Origin: the human T2T-CHM13v2.0 reference genome, Homo sapiens
Assembly (NCBI RefSeq): GCF_009914755.1
Contig: NC_060930.1
DNA length: 64,000 bases
Strand: one strand, 5' to 3'
Made by a program: the position numbers and the translations under genes
Shown: piece by piece, positions 13,418-25,799 of the stretch
Position numbering within the stretch: the first letter of the stretch is position 1
Layout: each line of letters opens with the position of its first letter
Notes under the pieces: generated by a model
Told to the model about the DNA's origin: nothing
Seen by the model: only the letters and a program-made list of their open reading frames with translations
Database searches by the model: none

Positions 13418-15149
13418 CTACAAATGTGCCAAAAGGTCATTTAGGGATGAAGAATGTGTGAAATATTCAACAAAAATCTTCAGTCATGCTCTTGCAATCT
13501 ATTCTAAACATTTTCTGTAGAAACTATCTAAGGTTAAAATTTAAATCTCTTAACATTTAAAGAACATATTAAAACAATTCTTCTGTTAAAAAAAATTAAA
13601 GTTGAACAACAGATCATCCTCAAGTTCCTGAATCTCATGAAAGTCTGAAGTAATCTTCTGTAACAATACTTCCAATAGTTACAGTTATAATAATGACAGC
13701 AATGTTATAATAATAACAGCAGTAATAGTAACGACAACAGGTAAAATTTATTGAACACATATTCTGTGCCAGGCCCCATTTTAAGTGCTTTATATATTAA
13801 TTTCAATTGGAGCAACAGTTACTGAGATTGCTCTTAATCAAATGGTCAAAACTGGTTTCAAATTTTGAAGAGCATACATAGCTTCTTCCTCCTCCCCTTA
13901 GTGGAATTAATAGTGATTCCTATTTTATAAAAGCGCAGGGTTAGGTTTACTTCCCAAAAGCAATATTAATATTTTATGGATTAAAATATCATGAACAGGG
14001 GAGAAGTATTCATTGGACTTTTACTGGTACTTTAAAATATCTTTGGAAATACGTTTCCTCAGTTGCAGAGGACTAAAGCTAAAACCTGTTTCCGCTGTCC
14101 TCAGTATTTATCTAGAGCAAGCTATTGTTCTGGTCTGCATACGGAGTACCTGATTCAGTATCAAATCCTGTATACATAATTTCTGCTGGGATCAAGAGAT
14201 ATTGCTGCCTTAACTTCTTATCATGTTTAATTTTCAGGGAATTACATGTTTTGAAAAATTAGCTTTCTATGAAGAAGAAGGGAATTACAGAAAATTGGCA
14301 TAAGCTATTAAACATAATTTCTATAACATATCACAATGCACACACATTTTTAAAAACTTTCAGTTGATATATTTGATCCTAAAAATGAATAAAATTACTA
14401 TATTCGTAATTACCTCTGGATTATCACTATCTGTGACCTTTTCTTCTAAATTCAAATATCCAATCATCTAAAATCAGTGGAAATAACTATTCTGTGATGG
14501 GATTTCACTTACTATGATTTAAACTGTCCACAATAAATCTGGGCATGAATCATAACCATTACCAATATCCCTCAATTTAATATCTCTGTGAAGAAAGTTT
14601 TAGGAAAAGAAGACTAGTTATGGTAGTAAAGCAGAGATCTAGACATTCACTCATTTATTATTTTAAAATTACTGAGAGTATCTCCCATGGCAGCCAGGGC
14701 ACAGCTCCCAGGGCATTACACAGAACGGTTAATCTGTTGACACATATCAGAGGACAACATGAGATTTTTCACCTCTTTGGGAGCACTTTATTCTATGGCC
14801 CTAAAGCTATAATTAATTATACTCTGTATTTGAAGTTTAGACAAATCCTTCTCTTCACTATTCTGGTTCCAAAGAAGGTGGGAATTTATATAACATACTC
14901 ACTCAGGTCAGTGATTCTTCTATTTTCATCTATTTCAACCCAACCAGCCTAGGTGACTACTCTTCAATGTAGCTACTACTATGGCTAGTCAATGGCGGCA
15001 TCAATGCAGATACTGAAATATGGGTTGGGGTTTTGTAATAAAATTGTTGAGAACAAACACCCAGTGGAGCCAGGCTCTAGGCTTCCTAGCCTTCATGAAG
15101 TTAGAGCACCCTTCCACCTTCTTTGTTTCCTAGCTCCCATTCCCCTCTA

Positions 15150-15395
15150 AAACTTAGCTTAACTGTCATTTCCCTGCCCCAGGCTAGGTTCTTCCTGTGA
15201 TATGCTCCCACAGCAACCTGTATTTCAACTTTGAGACATCACATTTATCATTACTTCTCAATGGCTATAAACCCTCTTAGACTGTACCCTATCTGATGAC
15301 AGAGATGATCTGCCCAGCTCACCCCTATAACACAAGACCTAACTCTGTGCCTGATGCATGGTAAGCAGGCAGTAACTATGTAATAAACAAATGAA
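15150..15395 (+). mobile_element. L2 LINE 3' fragment
   Basis: ttagactgtaccctatctgatgacagag...tgtgcctgatgcatggtaagcaggcagtaac L2 tail. Confidence 0.5.
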
Positions 15396-15626
15396 GTAAT
15401 CACTCCCAAGGGAAATGCTTGTCTTAAAAAGTTGGGATATAGCGGTGACAAGCCATTACCATTAGAGGAATGAGGAAAGAGGCACTACAATCTTTGCTAT
15501 CTCTGTTCACATACATGATAAACATAGGAAAATCATGATTTGAAGTATTAACAAAATACAAAATGTCAGTTTTGTAGACAGAGGCCACTGCTACTCTTTC
15601 AAAAGAACTGGAAGTATATAAGTTAC

Positions 15627-15793
15627 CTTGTTTCAGCTTTATTAAGCAATGCCTCCCATCTGCTATCCAAGAGACTGAGCTGTTTCAAAATCTTCACTTT
15701 ATCTGCGGGCTCTGCTGTTGTAGCAATTTTTTCTCCTTCTCGTTTGATTACCTCCACCGTAGATTTTCGGTCATCCAACAATCTCTGGAGAAG
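15627..15793 (-). CDS. DST: DST exon, 167 nt, phase 0-2 ([14 protein letters not shown]...LNKAET)
   Basis: tgtctcaag|CTT acceptor, AAG|gtaact donor. Confidence 0.94.
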
Positions 15794-17219
15794 CTTGAGA
15801 CAAAACATTAAATATAAAAAAGCAAGGGAATAATTGTATGAATATAAAGTACAATGTATTCTAAGTACATTTGAAGTATGACAAAAATGTATTTTGTATG
15901 TATGCACATATGAAAGGATCTGAAAAGCGAGATTTTAAAGGTAACTCATTTGTTTAATGATTTATTACTATTGGGTCAGACACTGTGGCAGGGGCTTTTC
16001 ACAGTAGACAAAACTAATATTGGTAAGGCCACTAAACTCATTACTAATTTTTTAATATAGAATAATACGGTAGAAGGTGCCACTTAGGATAACTCCAATG
16101 AATCATGAAAAAAGTGCAAAATCTCCATTATCGGAATGAAATAAGACTGCCTTAAACATTCAACAACTATCTGTCCTGTCAAGATACAAAAGGTTCCTAT
16201 AAATCATTACTGTTTTCAAAACCCTTTCCCACGTTAAACAGTCCATTATAGACAAGGAAGTTAAGACTCAGCCCAAGTTCACAAGTTAACAAGGCTAAAA
16301 CGAGAGGCTCTTGGCTCCTTTTACTAGGTGGAACTGGCTCCTAAAATCTGTGTGAGGCTGCAAACTAAAACAGCTTTTACACATCATTGGCAACAGGAAG
16401 AGAGGGTAGAAGATGTCAGAAATCTCCAAAGCTGGCTAAATAAGACTAATATTTCAGGATTTAGCACCAGAAACAAAATTCAATTTGATTCTAATTAAAC
16501 ATTTCAAAGCACCTGAAATGAAATGTTTGCTATAATTAGCCTTTTACCTTGCTCTAATCTAATCAAACAAATGGCTCATGAGCAACTGCTGTGCACAGGC
16601 ACTGTGCTACCAGCAATGAGGAAGGCGTAAGTGTATGAAACACTATGCTTCACTGCTTCCTTAATGATCCTGACTGCTAATTAAGGAGTAAAGATTTGAC
16701 AGTTACCCAGAAGTAAAAAGCTAAAAGAGTATTTTGAGATCAGGACCACCAAGGCAGAAGGTAAGAGGAACTTGTTTAAAGAGAAGGGTAAGACATACAA
16801 ACTGTGTTGGCACAGGTTTTTATATACTAAAGTCATGATATAATCAAAGTACAACAGGTGCTTTGGCAGCAAGGAGAACTAATTACTTTGATACATTTTA
16901 ATAAAGCTTCTAGCAATTAAAAAAGCAAAATCAATTAATAGGTTTTGTTGGCTAAGCATCATGACTCTGGGAGTTAACTTTAAATTGTGAATGGTAGACA
17001 CTGTATTATGCAAAAATCGCACAAATGCAATGTGTTTCCAGTTATGTGTCCTTAATCCTTACCTCTAAATCTATTTCTAATTGGTATAATTTCCCAATAT
17101 GCTGAAGTTTTCAAAAACTTCTAGGGAGATAGTATTAAATGTAGAAATTAAAGTAAGCAGTAAGTCTTAAATACAAAAAAAAAATTGAGGGTAAATGTGG
17201 AATTTTTTGTTTTTTTCCA

Positions 17220-17410
17220 TTTTTAATTGATGAATAATAATTGAATTTATGGGGTGCAATTCAATGCTTTGATGTATGTATACATTGTGGAATGATTAAA
17301 TCAATCTGATTGACATATCCATCACCTCACCTACTCATCATTTTTTTGTGGTGAGGACCTTTAAAATCTATTCTTTTAGCAACTTTGAAATATACAGTAC
17401 ATTATTAGCA
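17220..17410 (-). mobile_element. L1MA 3' end fragment
   Basis: tatacattgtggaatgattaaatcaa...catatccatcacctcac...aactttgaaatatacagtacattattag. Confidence 0.75.
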
Positions 17411-17959
17411 GCCATGCTAAGTGAAATAAGCCAGGCACAGAAAGAGAAATTTAAAATGTTGTCTTTTTTATAAATTAAAAAAAATTAATGTAAAATTTTA
17501 AAAAATTTCTTTGAGTTTTAAAATAACGTAATTAACATAATCCATCCTCTTCTTTTTAAAGTTCCAGAGGGGAGAAACCTTAACAGTACGCCATGCTCTA
17601 GGATCCTTCCCACATGTCATCTCAAGTCATGGCTGGCTGATTACTACTCAAAGTGGTATTAAATACTTCATACCCGACCATTGCTATCAGGGGCACAAAA
17701 ACTATCATGTGGTCAGTCTCAGGTACATATCAACCCTCTGAAGACACTATTTTCCCAAATTGGCCCCACTTTAGTAGTGTCAAAAGACACAATGGCACAT
17801 TCCTCAGCATATATGAATCAAATATTTGTCTCTTTAGTAATAGGTGGAACCAAAAGAAGCTGTCAATATTTAATATATAAAAAGACAATTTCATAGGGAT
17901 CAACCTAATATATAAGGGAACAATGTTATTTCCATACAAATGCCATCTTGTCAGTGACC

Positions 17960-18270
17960 TCCCTTCATGACCCTATTTAAAATTACACACACCCCCTCCC
18001 TCCCTCCATTCCAGCACTTTAGGTCCCTCATCTTTGCTCTATTGCTTCCTGATGCCTCTCCCCGATCCCTGCTTTATTCATCACTTGCTAACTTATCACC
18101 ATTCATTTATTTACTTTACTTATTGTCTTTCAATCCTGGCACACCCTTCCCACTTGGCTTTGAACTCAATGAGAAATGTTCATCTTTTTTATTCAAGGAT
18201 ATATTCCCAGCATCTGGAACAAGGCCTGGCCCATGGTAGATGTTCAATAAATATTTGTCGAATGACTAAC
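17960..18270 (+). mobile_element. L2 LINE 3' fragment
   Basis: ggcctggcccatggtagatgttcaataaatatttgtcgaatga L2 terminus. Confidence 0.65.
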
Positions 18271-18401
18271 AAAATAATGTCTACAGCAGCAACAACCGGT
18301 TAACTAGGTTATCCTATTAATTAAAAGAGTCACAATTTGCATTTTTTCTCTTGTTATTAAGATTTAATATGAAACGCAATACAAAAGCATGACTAACTTA
18401 C

Positions 18402-18572
18402 CTTTTGTTCTTGTATCTGGGCCTTTACCACTTTGAACTCAGCCGACGGGGGCTTCTGATTGGCCACAAGCTCCTCAGTGTCCACCATCCAGCTGAGCAG
18501 GGACTCCAGGGCATCCTGGAACCTCCCACAGTGCAGCAAGGCCTCCTGCAGCTGGGCTGCTCGCTGAGCCAC
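18402..18572 (-). CDS. DST: DST exon, 171 nt, phase 0-0 ([18 protein letters not shown]...QIQEQK)
   Basis: ttgcag|GTG acceptor, AAG|gtaagt donor. Confidence 0.96.
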
Positions 18573-20058
18573 CTGCAAAGTGCCAATTGTTTCCACTTAT
18601 TTATTTGTTTCACAAAATAATGCAATCTGAGCACAAATCACTATTTTACATGCTTATTTTCCCGTGTGGTCACAAATTTTCTTTTACTTTTCACTTAAAA
18701 TTTACCCAAAGTATCGATAGTAGGCAGGATAGCAGTGAAAAGGAGACAAACTTTAAGCAAGTAGGCATGAAAATAAGGTTACCATCACAGTCAACATAGA
18801 GCACTCAATCTTGGAGGTTTTTGGATTGTCTAATACGTTTTATGATTAGCAATGAATGATTCAAATATTTTAGAGTTATCGTAAAAAACAGCACATTAGT
18901 CATTTTTATCAATATTGCATTTTATTTCCTTCTAATAAATATCAGAGATAATGATTTTTAAAAGATTAAGAATAAACAGAACTATTATAGCAGAGAGAAT
19001 CAGAATTATATTTTGCTAGGCAAGAATAACAAAAGTATCCAATTAAGTTCTGCTAGCTCCAAGCTCTGGAGTCTTTTTTCAACAAACCAGGCCCTTTGTC
19101 TACCAGTAAATGGAGTCTCTGTGTCCTACATAGAGATATCTTATTGCTTGTCTCAACAGATATTTTCCTTTTGGACTGAATAAAGTAGCTGGCAAGATAT
19201 TGTAAGTGCTATGGATTATATTTACACCTGATACAGCATTCCAACTGTGTTTAAGGTGCACTACACATATGTATCAGACTTTAAAGAATGAATAATATAG
19301 TTTCAAGACCTGGCACCTGCTGAAGATGTCAATCGAAAGAAAACAACAAGAGTAACCACCACTGCCACAACCAGATATGCACTGCCATCCCATAATAATT
19401 TTCTGATAATTTATGTCTCGTAAGAGCTGCCTGCCATCGTATGTCAGCATTATCTCCCTAAGACATCAGAGCATTATTTCTAGTGTTTTCTCTCATGGGA
19501 ATTTAGAAAAAGGTTGGACCTACATCTTACAAGTAATTGAGGGCTGATGGTCTACAGTGAGGGTAGCAGGACTTAGTCCAGGAATGACATAAAGACATAA
19601 CTTTGTTTGTATGGTGTGAACTTAGTTGCTAATATTTGAAAATAGGAAGGTTTCACATAGAAAGTGAGATTTCCAGGTTATTTTGAAAGTAAACAGAATA
19701 TCTGGCAACAGTGGGCCTACATGCCTACATGTCAATGATCTTCTGGAACTAAGTAGTGACCTGTACCTTTACAGATGCATGTGCCCATCATACCTGCACT
19801 GTTGTATCTGTGACCCTGTCTTGATTAAAGGCGAGATAACAGCAGGAAGAGGCTCTGTCTTACCCAGTTTGCTTCCTTTCATTTAGATTCCCTACCTAGC
19901 TCCAGTAGGCATCTGAGTTTGAGCCATCCAGTTTACAGTAATATAAAACAGTAGACATATTTAGAAAAGTTTGGCTACCACAAATATGATTCATGGTCAC
20001 CACAAATGCTCATGAATAATAATCAGCAAAATAGCAATGAAGGGGGTGAGAAAATTAC

Positions 20059-20220
20059 CTTCTTATTGAGAGTCTTCCACCGTGCATTGACATCATCCAG
20101 GTCATGCTCCAAGCCCTGAGTGCTAGTGCTTTTGGCAGCACTCTGAATAAGGCCTTGACCTAACCAGTTTACATCTTGCTGTTTACCTTGCAAGGGTTCA
20201 ATCTCTTCTTTCTGGAATAC
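20059..20220 (-). CDS. DST: DST exon, 162 nt, phase 0-0 ([26 protein letters not shown]...WKTLNKK)
   Basis: ttttaactgcag|GTA acceptor, AAG|gtaatt donor; not in the ORF track but open and spectrin-like. Confidence 0.94.
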
Positions 20221-21273
20221 CTGCAGTTAAAAGAGTAATAATTATATGAGTTATATTACCTATCAACCGCCAAATATATAATAAGCATTTCTTTAGGCAT
20301 CAGGTTGTGGAAACCATCAATTATTACAGAGGTAAAGATAATTTTTATTGTCTAGCCATAGGTCATAGCTACCTTCTGAAGAACAGAAAGAAACTAAATA
20401 TAAATTAGTAGCACATCAAAAACATTTGAGAATACTAAAGAATGATATTCTGAGTACACTTAAGTTACTTATAAAACCAAAAAGACAGTACATGTCTCCT
20501 CTCTTTATTGCTTCATTATCATAGGATGAAAATGTTTCTGTTGTCCCAGTTTAACTGTAGCAAAAGATTTACAGAAAATGCTAAAGAGCAAAAATATAAA
20601 ATAAGTACAAAATGAGCCTTCATGGGCAAGGCAATCCTAATAGGCTCTCCTAAGAATGGCTGCTGCTAGCTGGCAACTGAAGCTTGAGACTCACATTGGA
20701 AATGGAAAATCAGGGACAGGATGAGGTGAGCCAAGTGGCCAAAACATGGCTTGGCAGGAGGGCCAAAATACAGAGATAGGAAAATGAAAAATACATAGGC
20801 ATGTGCTGCAATAGTATGGATCCCTACACAAATAGCCTCCTCAATGTCTACAGAGATGCCAATGGACTCTCAAGAAATACAATGACCTCACCCCATGGAT
20901 CTGATCACATACCTTACCAGCACAGCAACTCTGGTTACTCTGTAGTCATTGTCACCCATACCTGCACTGACAGTGGATTCCTAGCAATCTCTCCCTTACT
21001 GTCTATCCCATCCAATTTACAGTTCCCCAGTTGCCTGTGACTGGCAAAGGATTTAATGTGCTAGATTAAAATACAAGTGCCATGAAAGCAGAAATTTGTT
21101 TTCCTTACAGTAGTTCTATGACCTGGGCCTACCATGGTACCTAGCATGTAATATTTGCCAATATTTATTTGCCAAATTAATATCAGTATAGAAATTTATA
21201 TTTCTATCTTAGGTGGATGACTTCAACCCCTTAACAGATAATACTGGGAGTAGATACATCAATATTATGATTA

Positions 21274-21558
21274 TTTTTTTGAGACATGGCCTCACTCTGT
21301 CACCCATGCTGGAGGGCAGTAGTGCAGTCACAGCTCACTGCAACCTCTGTCTCCCAGGCTCAAGCCATCCTCCCACCTTAGCCTCCCCATTAGCTGGGAC
21401 CACAGCTGCATGTCACCACGCCCAGCTAATTAAAAGAAATTTTTTTTTTGGTAGAGACTGGGTCCCACTATGTTGTCCAGGCTGGTCTCAAACTCCTGGG
21501 CTCAAGCAACCTTCTTACCTCAGCCTTGCAAAGTGCTGGGATTACAGGTATGAGCCAA
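21274..21558 (-). mobile_element. AluJ-type SINE
   Basis: Poly-T then gagacatggcctcactctgtcacc...ctcaagccatcctcccacc...aaagtgctgggattacagg. Confidence 0.9.
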
Positions 21559-23557
21559 CTCTTTCATAGATAATATGTTTTTAATATAGGGCTTGGAGGA
21601 TGCCATGAGGAAAATAAATTATTGGAACTAAGGAAGGAAAGTTTTACATCGATATTAAGGTAAAACATAGTTTGAGATTGAGTCATTATCCTGAAGGGCA
21701 CTATATAAATATACCAATGATTGGACAGTTAATCATAATACATAGAAACATAATAAAGGCACATATTAAAATAGCACTTCAGGAAAAAAATTGCAGACAC
21801 AGTATGAAAAATAACTTTGAAAGATGTAGAGGCTGCAGGAGACAAATCCTCCAGACTCTGGTCTAAGGCCTAGCATACAGGATACTCCTGTGTTACTGTA
21901 TACATGAGTAAATTAGAGAACAGCAAACAAATTAATGATCATTTTCTCTAAAATCTCCTCCTAGCTAAAAACTCAAACTACCTTTTCCACAGAAAATGTA
22001 TATAGACAATTTCCATACTGGCAGTTTATATATAACAATAATAAATATTTAAAAATCAATTACACATAATCAAATAAATTATGAGATTCACCCAAATCAT
22101 TGAGGAAAAACTTAGGAAGTCTCCGTAATTTTGCAAAAAGGTAAAATTTATCAAATATGTAAACAGAAACTTGGCAACAAAATGTTAAAGATAGAATTTG
22201 GCATTATAATTCAATTTCATTTCTATACCACTTTCTAAGTTATAACTTCCAGGACGAATAGCTTTGGATATGTTTTACTACTTATCAAAAAGTGGGGGCG
22301 GAGGGTGGGGGTGTACAAAAACTGCTACCTTTTAAATTCCAGGAACTTGTAAATAAACATTCAAGGAAACGTTTTATTTTCCCTCTTATATAGTTTTCAG
22401 GACAAAAGGATAACAATAATGTTCTATTAAATTGCCTTAACCTCTGGTCTTGGTTTTAAATTAATTTCAGGGGTATATATTGGAGTAGATCTAGGTAAAT
22501 CTGATAGTTTTCTAAAGTGCCCCCAAAAATATACTAAGGATTTAAAAAGATAACTACTAAAGAGTATATACTCCCCTAAGATTTAATTGTTTTCTACAAA
22601 TAAACTGAAATATCCTTTACAGAAAAAAATTAATTTGCTAAGCTTTTAAATTAGCATGCCATTTACTGCACGTCTAAGAAAAAGGCATAACTAACAAGAA
22701 CAATTATTTCACAGACTGAGAAGAGGAACGGTTCTGATATTGTCTAAGTTCCTTATCTCTCAATGTTAACAAAATACCTATGAAGAGAGCCTTTCCCCCT
22801 AATCTAACCCACAGCACACAAGCATGAAGAGAAGTTTAAAATAAAATAAAACTACCTTTGAGGCCAAGTTTACCAGAAGAGTTTAGTAAAAGTACCAAAA
22901 CAGCTGAACTTCAATCTGAGTGAGAAGAAAAAAATTACAGGCTTGACAAGCAATCTCTACTTATTACAAGGCTGCACCCTTTACTTTCTTACCTCATTCA
23001 CCACTCACAAAAAGTTGGGAGCTATAATGCCTGCAAAGTACAGCATAATAACTCTACTCTCATATGCAGAGCTCCTGAGAGAAATTTTTCAACCTATTAA
23101 AAAAAGTCCTTAATGTGGATAGAGTACTTTGCAGGCCATAACAATATAATACTGTTTGTACCTTCATGACTAAGCCTGTTCAAGCTTAATAAATCCAATA
23201 TAATGGCTCTTAAATGGCAGTGTCTTTACCACAATTTGTGTAAAAGCCTAACATTAACATATATTCACAGTGGAGGCCTTCTAAATGAAGGGGAATGGCC
23301 ACCATCTGCACAATCAATAACAGGACCCTGAACAGCTGGGAATATCAATTCTTCTCCAAAACAGTCCCTATTAATTTGTTATAATTATCCATTTATCAAT
23401 ATGTGGCATCTTTCAGGGTGCTAGTCAAACCTCCAAAACAAAAGTGTGGATTTCATTATTATTAGAAACACTAGTGACCACTCTGAAACAGAACCACAAA
23501 CTTTTAGCAGAACCGCAAACTTTTGACACTGCAGAGTTTCATATTTCCATGAATTAC

Positions 23558-24850
23558 CTGAACCAACTGAAAGCCATTGCAGACTGTGTCCAATATTCCT
23601 GCCTGGGCCCCTGTTTTTCTGGGTGCTGCTTTCTTTCTTGCTGATACGAATTTCAGGGAGAACTTCTTATAGAGCATTTCGCTCTCCTGGGCAGAAAGAG
23701 GAGCCTCCACTTCCTCTTTAGATGCAATGTTGCATTCTCCTGAATCATATTGTGTCAAAAGTGTCACATTTTCTACTAAGCTGGTGCTACCACAATCTAC
23801 ATCACTCTCCCCTAGATCTGTGTGAGAGAGATCTAAATCTTGAGGGGAATCCTTCAAGAGTTCCCTACTTTGTGCTGTGATTTGGGATTCTCCAGGTCCG
23901 TATGTTTCGTCCTCTTCTCCAAGGTTAAAAATATGCTCATTTTCTCTATTTCTTGGCATAATTAATGGGTCACACTTCACAGGGCTCTCTTTCAAATTAT
24001 TCTGCAGGCAACAATTTTCATCGTGGATTTCCCTTTGACCATTTACATGTTTTGCTTCCTCTAGTGGAGAAACATCATGTAAAATCATTTTGAAATTTTC
24101 ATCAGGGTGGGCACTTTGACATGAAAGCAGTGGGATTTTCTGTTCGCTAATGGAATTAACAGAAAAAAATGGTCTGTATTGGTCTGTTACAAGAATATCT
24201 TCAGCAGAAGACAAACTTTTAATTCGTGACTGGTCTCCAGTTAAAATGCCCTGTTTTTCTTCCCTCTCTGCTGGAGGGCTACATAAACCAGAGTCATCCT
24301 CCTCCGAAGTGAGAGAATTAGTACCCCATCTGCACTTGCTGGCCTTGGTAACAGCATCTGACATATCAGCAGGTTCAACAAAAGAGCTTTCACTTTTGTT
24401 TGCATAATCCATAAAATTGGCCGGGACAAACATTCGCCATGACCGTCTATGCTCTTTCTTTTCCGCATGAGATTTGGCTTTAGGTAATCCTGTGGTTCGA
24501 ATGATATCACTATTTAGTTTGAGTGCATCAAAGATCATCTTTTCATCTAGTTTGTTAGCTTCCCGACCTCTCAGCTCAAATACACTGGAAGAAGTAAGGG
24601 CACCATTAGAGCATAAAGAACTAACATCCAGTGTTCTGTGACTGTAGGGTAAAGTTCGATCTGTAAAATGCCTGGAAGATAGACTACCTTTTGAACCAGA
24701 GTCTATCTGTTCATTTAGTCTAACAGTATCATAGATTGACCGCTGTGGGACGTAACAGTCTTCGATATTTAGGTCCTCCTCTTCTTCACCCTTCCCTACA
24801 CATGGGGGATTCTGACGTAAACAGTCTGGTCTGCTGAGTGGCTTCCCCAT
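23558..24850 (-). CDS. DST: Candidate alternative first coding exon of DST (431 codons, MGKPLSRPDCLRQNPPC...NGFQLVQ), KIAA0754/MACF1-internal-isoform-like; reads on to a stop at 23504 if unspliced
   Basis: 1.46 kb stop-free ORF in AT-rich intron; gcaaaATGG Kozak at 24850; CAG|gtaatt phase-0 donor at 23558 in frame with exon 20220; CpG island about 1 kb upstream. Confidence 0.8.
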
Positions 24851-25799
24851 TTTGCAGATAGTTAAAACAAATATTGCAGCTCTTGACACAGATAAGAAAT
24901 AAGATAAAGCATCTTCCAAAAAAGTATACTTCTGAACAGAGCTATGGAGTGTCTTTAGCATAAAGACACATGCTCAAATAATATATTTCATAATACATGA
25001 GGTGTTTAAGGTCATCAGCAGTGCATCAGTATAAATGCAACTATCCTTTTACCTGGTTGATTTTAGGATGATTCTAAACAATAAAGTGCATCAATAACAG
25101 AGAACAAAAATCTCCTTTGTCCACCTTTCCCAGCTCCCAAAGTCCCCGTTCACACACTCCAAAACACAGAAAATAAACAAACACACACTTAACAGTGGCT
25201 CAAACACTCAGAACATTCCATTGTCAGTCCATTTCCCTTTTTAGTCTGATATTTCCAGATTAAAATTTCCAAATGAGCAAGCATTTTAACAGCCTGAATG
25301 TTAATTTCGGCAGAGCTCTGGTTAACTGTAATCCACTTAAAGATGGCTTGCAGAACTCCACCATTCTGGTAAATAAACCATGCTCCAGAAATTTAAAAGA
25401 CAAACACAGGGACCTGGTATTGTTCACATCAAGGCACAGAACAAATCTTCAGAGAAAAATAAGTTAAGTCTAACGTTATGAGAAAGTTACATTTTTCTTT
25501 TACTTTTTTTTTTTGGAGGGGGGAGTAGCTATAAATAAACTTGATTGAAAAGGCAGGTTTTCTTCCTGTTTTAAGCTTCTTCAATGCTATTCAGAACTAC
25601 TCAAAGGAAGAAAGAAAAAAACACCAGACTTTTAGACACCCAGGGCAGTACAATCCAGCAACCGTTTAAAGTAAACAGAAAGCATGGTGTACTACTAAGC
25701 TTCTTTAAAAAAAAAAAAAAAAAAAAAAAAAGCCATTTCCAAAGATTCTTATCTGGTCCTCCTTAGGAAGGCTTATTCCACCTGAGGCAATTGCAGCAA

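Noticed and set aside
16540-16575. Possible 6-nt microexon (ag|AGCAAG|gtaaaa) on the minus strand
   Set aside because: Poor pyrimidine tract with a competing AG just upstream; likely chance.
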